In this document: positions 54,701 through 64,000 of the stretch, piece by piece
Position numbering within the stretch: position 1 is the first letter of the stretch
Layout of the letters: every line of letters starts with the position of its first letter
Source: Eledone cirrhosa
Taxonomy: Eukaryota
Length of the DNA: 64,000 bases
NCBI GenBank assembly: GCA_964016885.1
Contig: OZ024742.1
Coordinates: forward strand, 135,904,001 to 135,968,000
Direction: 5' to 3'
Notes under the pieces: generated by a model
The model's input: only the letters and a program-made list of their open reading frames with translations
What the model was told of the DNA's origin: nothing
Databases searched by the model: none
Program-made: the position numbers and the translations under genes

Positions 54701-57700
54701 AGCCACCACTAACACAAGTAGCACCACAAATACAGCAGCCACCACTAACACAACTACCACACAACCACAGCAGCCACCACTAACACAACTACCACCACAA
54801 CCATAGCCGCCACCACTAACACAACTACCACCACAGCCATAGAAGCCACCACTAACACAACTACCACAACTACCATAGCAGCCACCACTACCAAAACAAC
54901 CATAGCAGCCACCACTACCACCACAACCACAGCAGGCACCACTAATACAACTACCACAAATACCATAGCAGCCACCACTACCACCACCCCCACAGCAGGC
55001 ACCACTAACACAACTACCACCACAACCATAGCAGCCACCACTAACACAACTACCATCACAACCGTAGCAGTCACCACTAACACAACTACCACCACAACCA
55101 TAGCAGCCACCACTAACACAACTACCACCACAGCCATAGCAGCCACCACTAACAAAACTACCACCACAACCATAGCAGCCTCCACTAACACAACTACCAC
55201 CACAGCCATAGCAACCACCACTAACAAAACTACCACCACAATCATAGCACCCAACACTAACACAACTACCACCACAGCCATAGCAGCCACCACTAACAAA
55301 ACTACCACCACAGCCATAGCAGCCACCACTAACAAAACTACCGCCACAACCACAGCAGCCACCACTAACACAACTACCACCACAGCCATAGCAGCCACCA
55401 CTAACACAACTACCACCACTACCATAGCAGCCACCACTAACACAACTACCACCACTACCATAGCAGCCACCACTAACTCAACTACCATCACAACCATAGC
55501 AGCCACCACTAACACAACTACCGCCACAACCACAGCAAGCACCACTAAAACAACTACCACCACAACCATAGCAGCCACCACTACCACAACTACCATAGCA
55601 GCCACCACTAACACAACTACCACCACAACCATAGCAACCACCACTAACACAACTACCACCACAACCATAGCAGCCACCACTAACACAACTACCACCACAG
55701 CCATAGCAGCCACCACTAACACAAATACCACCACAGCCATAGGAGCCACCACTAACACAAGTAGCACCACAAATACAGCAGCCACCACTAACACAACTAC
55801 CACACAACCACAGCAGCCACCACTAACACAACTACCACCACAACCATAGCCGCCACCACTAACACAACTACCACAACTACCATAGCAGCCACCACTACCA
55901 AAACAACCATAGCAGCCACCACTACCACCACAACCACAGCAGGCACCACTAATACAAATACCATAGCAGCCACCACTACCACCACCCCCACAGCAGGCAC
56001 CACTAACACAACTACCACCACAACCATAGCAGCCACCACTACCAAAACAACCATAGCAGCCACCACTACCACCACCCCCACAGCAGGCACCACTAATACA
56101 ACTACCACAACAACCATAGCAGCCACCACTACCACCACCCCCACAGCAGGCACCACTAACACAACTACCACCACAACCATAGCAGCCACCACTAAAACAA
56201 CTACCATCACAACCATAGCAGTCACCACTAACACAACTACCACCACAACCATAGCAGCCACCACTTACACAACTACCACCACAGCCATAGCAGCCACCAC
56301 TAACAAAACTACCACCACAACCATAGCAGCCTCCACTAACACAACTACCACCACAGCCATAGCAACCACCACTAACAAAACTACCACCACAACCATAGCA
56401 GCCACCACTAACACAACTACCACCACAGCCATAGCAGCCACCACTAACAAAACTACCACCACAGCCATAGCAACCACCACTAACACAACTACCACCACAG
56501 CCATAGCAGCCAACACTAACACAACTACCACCACAGCCATAGCAGCCACCACTAAAAAAACTACCACCACAGCCATAGCAGCCACCACTAACAAAACTAC
56601 CACCACAACCATAGCAGCCACCACTAACAAAACTATACCACAACCATAGCAGCCAACACTAACACAACTACCACCACAGCCATAGCAGCCACCACTAACA
56701 CAGCTACCACCACAAGCATAGCAGCCACCACTAAAACAACTACCACCACAGCCATAGCAACCACCACTAATAAAACTACCACCACAACCATAGCAGCCAC
56801 CACTAACACAACTACCACCACAACCATAGCAGCCACCACTAAAACAACTACCACCACAACCATAGCAGCCACCACTAATACAACTACCACCCCTACCACA
56901 GCAGGCACCACAACCATAGCAGCCACCACTAACACAACTACCACCACTAACACAAATACCACCACAACCATAGCAGCCACCACTAACACAACTACCACCA
57001 CAACCATAGCAGCCACCACTAACACAACTACCACCACAGCCATAGCAGCCGCCACTAACACAAATACCACCACAACCATAGCAGCCACCACTAACACAAC
57101 TACCACCACAACCATAGCATCCACCACTAAAACAACTACCACCACAACCATAGCAGTCACCACTAATAAAATTACCGTAACAGCCACCACTAATACAACT
57201 ACCACACCTGCCACAGCAGGCACCACTAACACAACTGCCACCGCTACCAGAGCAGGCACCACAACCATAGCAGCCACCACTAACACAACTACCACCACAA
57301 CCATAGCAGCCACCACTAACACAACTACCACAACAACCATACAGCCACCACTAACACAACTACCACCACAACCATAGCAGCCACCACTAACACAACTACC
57401 ACCACAACCATAGCACCCACCACTAACAAAACTACCATAGCAGCCACCACTAACACAACTACCACAACAACCATACAGCCACCACTAACACAACTACCAC
57501 TACAACCATAGCAGCCACCACTAACACAACTACCACCACAACCATAGCACCCACCACTAACAAAGCTACCATAGCAGCCACCACTAACACAACTACCACC
57601 GCAACCATAGTACCCACCACTAACAAAGCTACCATAGCACCCACCACTAACAAAACTACCATAGCAGCCACCACTAACACAACTACCACCACAGCCATAG

Positions 57701-60700
57701 CAGCCACCACTAACACAACTACCACCACAACCATAGAAGCCACCACTAACTCAACTACCACCACAACCATAGCAGGCACCACTAACAGAACTACCACCAC
57801 AGCCATAGCAGCCACCGCTAACTCAACTACCATCACAACAATAGCAGCCACCACTAACACAACTACCACCACAGCCATAGCCGCCACCACTAACACAACT
57901 ACCACCACAACCATAGCAACCACCACTAACACAACTACCACCACAACCATAGCAGCCACCACTAACACAACTACCACCACAGCCATAGCAACCACCACTA
58001 ACACAACTACCACCACAACCATAGCAGCTGCCACTAGCACAACTACCACCACTACCATAGCAGCCACCACTAACACAACTACCACCACAACCATAGCAGC
58101 CACCATTAATACAAATATCACCCTCACCACAGCAGTCACCACTAACACAACTACCACCACAGCCGCAGCAGGCACCACTAACACAACTGCCACCCATACC
58201 ACAGCAGGCACCACAAACACAACTACCACCACAACCACAGCAGCCACCACTAACACAACTACCACCACAGCCATAGCAGCCACCACTAACACAACTACCA
58301 CCACAACCATAGCAGCCACCACTAACACAACTACCACCACAACCATAGCAGCCACCACTAACACAACTACCGCCTCAACCACAGCAGCCACTACTAACAC
58401 AACTACCACAACAACCATACAGCCACCACTAACACAACTACCACCACAACCATAGCACCCACCACTAACAAAACTACCATAGCAGCCACCACTAACACAA
58501 CTACCACAACAACCATACAGCCACCACTAACACAACTACCACCACAACCATAGCAGCCACCACTAAAACAACTACCACCACAACCATAGCACCCACCACT
58601 AACAAAACTACCATAGCAGCCACCACTAACACAACTACCACCACAGCCATAGCAGCCACCACTAACACAACTACCACCACAAACATAGCAGCCACCACTA
58701 ACTCAACTACCACCACAACCATAGCAAGCACCACTAACACAACTACCACCACAACCATAGCAGCCACCACTAACAAAATTACCATAGCAGCCACCACTAA
58801 CACAACTACCACCACAGCCATAGCAGCCACCACTAATACAATTACCACCACAACCATGGCAGCCACCACAAATACAACTACCATCACAACCATAGCAGCC
58901 ACCACTAACACAACTACCACCACAACCATAGCAACCACCACTAACACAACTACCACCACATCCATAGCAGCCACCACTAACACAACTACCGCCACTACCA
59001 TAGCAGCCACCACTAACACAACTACCACCACAACCATAGCAGCCACCATTAATACAAATATCACCACCACCACAGCAGCCACCACTAACACAACTACAGC
59101 CACAACCATAGCAGCCACCACTAACAAAACTACAGCAACCACCACTAAATCAACTACCGCCTCAACCACAGCAGGCACCACTAATACAACTGCCACTCAT
59201 ACCACAGAAGGCACCACAGACACAACTACCACCACAACCACAGCAGGAACCACTAACTCAAATACCACCACTACCACAGCAGCCACCACTAACTCAACTA
59301 CCACCACTACTACAGCAGGCACCACTATCACAACTACCATCACAACCACAGCAGGCACCACTATCACAACTACCATCACAACCACAGCAGGCACCACTAA
59401 CACAACTACCACCACACCCGCAGCAGGCACCACTAATACAACTGCCACTCATACCACAGAAGGCACCACAGACACAACTACCACCACAACCACAGCAGGA
59501 ACCACTAACTCAAATACCACCACTACCACAGCAGCCACCACTAACTCAACTACCACCACTACTACAGCAGGCACCACTATCACAACTACCATCACAACCA
59601 CAGCAGGCACCACTATCACAACTACCATCACAACCACAGCAGGCACCACTAACACAACTACCACAACATCCACAGCAGGCACCACAAACACAACTACCAC
59701 CACAGGCAACACTAACTCAACTACCATCACAACCACAGCAGGCACCACTAACACAACTACAACCCCTACCACAGCAGGCACCACTAGCACAACTACCACC
59801 ACCACCACAGAAGGCACCACTTACACAACTACCACCACTACCACAGCAGGCACCACAGCAAACACCACTACAACCACAGCAAACACCACTAACACAGCAG
59901 GCACCACTAACATAACTACCACCACTACCACAGCAGGCACCACTAACACAACTACCAGCACAACCACGTTAGGCACCACTACCACCCCTACCACAGCAGT
60001 CACCACTAACACAACTACCACCACAACCATAGTAGCCATCACTAACACAACTACCACCACAACCACAGCAGCCACCACTAACACAACTACCACCCCTACC
60101 ACAGCAGCCACCACTAACACAACTACCACCACAACCATAGCAACCACACCTAACACAACTACCACCACTACCACAGCAGGCACTACTAACCCAACTACCA
60201 CCACTACCACAGCAGGCACCACTAACACAATTACCACCACTACCACAGCAGGCGCCACTAATACAACTACCACCACAACCATAGCAGCCACCACTAACAA
60301 AACTACCATAGCAGCCACCACTAACACAACTACCACAACAACCATACAGCCACCACTAACACAACTACCGCCACACCATAGCAGCCACCACTAACACAAC
60401 TACCGCCACAACTATAGCAACCACCACTAACACAACTACCACCACAACCATAGCAGCCACCACTAACACAACTACCGCCACAACTATAGCAACCACCACT
60501 AACACAACTACCGCCACAACCATAGCAGCCACCACAAACACAACTACCGCCACAACTATAGCAACCACCACTAAGTCAACTACCACCACAACCACAGCAG
60601 GCACCATTAATACAAATATCACCACCACCAGATCAGCCACCACTAACACAACTACCGCCACAACCACAGCAGGCACCACTAACACAACTACCACCACTAC

Positions 60701-63700
60701 CATAGCAGCCACCACTAACACAACTACCACCCCTACCACAGCAGGCACCACTAACACAACTACCGCCACAACCACAGCAGGCACCACTAACACAACTACC
60801 ACCACAACCATAGCAACCACACCTAACACAACTACCGCCACAACCACAGCAGGAACCACTAACTCAACTATCATCACAACCACAGCAGCCACCACTAACA
60901 CAACTACCGCCACAACCACAGCAGGCACCACTAACACAACTACCGCCACAACCACAGCAGGCACCACTAACACAACTACCACCACTACCATAGCAGCCAC
61001 CACTAACACAACTACCGCCACAACCACAGCAGCCACCACTAACACAACTACCACCCCTACCACAGTAGCCACCACTAACACAACTACCACCACAACCATA
61101 GCAACCACACCTAACACAACTACCACCACTACCATAGCAGCCACCACTAACACAACTACCGCCACAACCACAGCAGGCACCACTAACACAACTACCACCA
61201 CTACCATAGCAGCCACCACTAACACAACTACCGCCACAACAACAGCAGCCACCACTAACACAACTACCACCACAACCACAGGAGCCACCACTAACACAAC
61301 TACCACCCCTACCACAGCAGCCACCACTAACACAACTACCGCCACAACCACAGCAGCCACCACTAACACAACTACCACTACAACCACAGGAGCTACCACT
61401 AACACAACTACTACCCCTACCACAGCAGCCACCACTAACACAACTACCACCACAACCACAGCAGGCACCACTAACACAACTACCGCCACAACCACAGCAG
61501 GCACCACCTACACAAACTACCACCACAACCATAGCAGGCACCACTAACACAACTACCGCCACAACCACAGCAGGCACCACTAACACAACTACCACCACAA
61601 CCATAGCAGCCACCACTAACTCAACTACCACCACAACCATAGCAGCCACCACTAACACAACTACCACCACAACCACAGCAGCCACCACTAACACAACTAC
61701 CACCACAACCATAGCAGGCACCACTAACACAACTACCGCCACAACCACAGCAGCCACCACTAACACAACTACCACTACAACCACAGGAGCTACCACTAAC
61801 ACAACTACTACCCCTACCACAGCAGCCACCACTAACACAACTACCACCACAACCACAGCAGGCACCACTAACACAACTACCGCCACAACCACAGCAGGCA
61901 CCACCTACACAAACTACCACCACAACCATAGCAGGCACCACTAACACAACTACCGCCACAACCACAGCAGGCACCACTAACACAACTACCACCACAACCA
62001 TAGCAGCCACCACTAACTCAACTACCACCACAACCATAGCAGCCACCACTAACACAACTACCACCACAACCACAGCAGCCACCACTAACACAACTACCAC
62101 CACAACCATAGCAGGCACCACTAACACAACTACCGCCACAACCACAGCAGGCACCACTAACACAACTACCACCACAACCATAGCAGCCACCACTAACTCA
62201 ACTACCACCACAACCATAGCAGCCACCACTAACACAACTACCACCACAACCACAGCAGCCACCACTAACACAACTACCACCACAACCATAGCAGGCACCA
62301 CTAACACAACTACCGCCACAACCACAGCAGCCACCGCTAACACAACTACCACCACTACCATAGCAGCCACCACTAACACAACTACCACCCCTACCACAGC
62401 AGGCACCACTAACACAACTACCACCACAACCATAGCAGCCACCACTAACTCAACTACCACCACAACCATAGCAGCCACCACTAACACAACTACCACCACA
62501 ACCACAGCAGCCACCACTAACACAACTACCACCACAACCATAGCAGGCACCACTAACACAACTACCGCCACAACCACAGCAGCCACCGCTAACACAACTA
62601 CCACCACTACCATAGCAGCCACCACTAACACAACTACCACCCCTACCACAGCAGGCACCACTAACACAACTACCACCACAACCACAGCAGGCACCACTAA
62701 CACAACTACCACCACAACCATAGCAGGCACCACTAACACAACCACAGCAGGCACCACTAACACAACTACCACCACAACCATAGCAGGCACCACTAACACA
62801 ACTACCGCCACAACCACAGCAGGCACCACTAACACAACTACCACCACAACCACAGCAGCCACCACTAACACAACTACCACCCCTACCACAGCAGGCACCA
62901 CTAACACAACTACCACCACTACCACAGCAGTCACCACTAACACAACTACCGCCACAACCACAGCAGGCACCACTAACACAACTACCACCACAACCACAGC
63001 AGCCACCACTAACACAACTACCACCCCTACCACAGCAGGCACCACTAACACAACTACCACCACTACCACAGCAGGCACCACTAACACAACTACCGCCACA
63101 ACCACAGCAGGCACCACTAACACAACTACCACCACAACCACAGCAGCCACCACTAACACAACTACCACCCCTACCACAGCAAGCACCACTAACACAACTA
63201 CCACCACTACCACAGCAGGCACCACTAACACAACTAGCACCACAACCACAGCAGCCACCACTAACACAACTACCACCACAACCACAGCAGGCACCACTAA
63301 CACAACTACCACCACTACCACAGCAGGCACCACTAACACAACTACCACCACAACCACAGCAGCCACCACTAACACAACTACCACCCCTACCACAGCAGGC
63401 ACCACTAACACAACTACCACCAGTACCACAGCAGCCACCACTAACACAACTACCACCACAACCACAGCAGGCCCCACTAACTCAACTACCATCACTACCA
63501 CAGCAGGCACCACTAACACAACTACCGCCACTACCATAGCAGCCACCACTAACACAACTACCACCACTACCACAGCAGCCACCACTAACACAACTACCAC
63601 CACAACCACAGCAGGCCCCACTAACTCAACTACCATCACTACCACAGCAGGCACCACTAACACAACTACCGCCACTACCATAGCAGCCACCACTAACACA

Positions 63701-63966
63701 ACTACCACCACTACCACAGCAGCCACCACTAACACAACTACCACCACAACCACAGCAGGCCCCACTAACTCAACTACCACCACAACCACAGCAGCCACCA
63801 CTAACACAACTACCACCACTACCATAGCAGCCACCACTAACACAACTACCACCACTACCACAGCAGCCACCACTAACACAACTAGCACCACAACCACAGC
63901 AGGCCCCACTAACTCAACTACCACCACTACCACAGCAGGCACCACTAACACAACTACCACCACTAC
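51712..63966. repeat. ~12.3-kb minisatellite, 36-bp unit ACCACCACAACCATAGCAGCCACCACTAACACAACT (roughly 340 units)
   Basis: 12-codon periodicity ([12 protein letters not shown]) across the array, with variant units and higher-order duplications. Confidence 0.97.
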
Positions 63967-64000
63967 ATGTTTCATCTAAAAAAATGTATTCAACGATAAA

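Noticed and set aside
51712-63966. CRISPR array, given the 36-bp period
   Set aside because: The units are contiguous with no unique spacers, there are no cas genes, and the context is eukaryotic.
51368-63975. Minus-strand Val/Ala-rich and Gly/Cys-rich ([12 protein letters not shown]) ORFs, with TGA at Cys positions suggesting selenocysteine
   Set aside because: Alternative frames of the 36-bp repeat. The TGA is simply the ACA-to-TCA unit variant, and there is no gene context.

Overview
AT-rich, microsatellite-dense animal DNA. The SINE families and repeat style suggest a cephalopod such as octopus, but that is inference. I cannot confidently call any host protein gene; most long ORFs in the track are microsatellite artefacts. 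Retroelements dominate: (1) the 3' end of an RLE-type non-LTR element; (2) three tandem copies of a ~610-bp internally deleted RTE derivative; (3) Penelope-like elements (PLEs) of three types (Neptune-like, a second GIY-YIG type, and several Naiad-type copies), with hammerhead motifs in the Neptune-like and Naiad-type copies; (4) short fold-back elements in (TA)n carrying variant hammerheads; (5) a full-length, nearly intact Tx1/L1-clade LINE with a tandem truncated relative in (GATA)n; (6) many tRNA-derived SINEs. There are also a few MITEs and a ~12.3-kb 36-bp minisatellite. The strongest leads are a covarying, pseudoknot-capable RNA structure at the RTE 5' end (candidate non-canonical HDV-like ribozyme), non-coding palindromic elements with U3-A8 hammerhead cores, and apparent GATA-microsatellite targeting by Tx1. 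Coordinates were read by eye and are approximate to a few bases.
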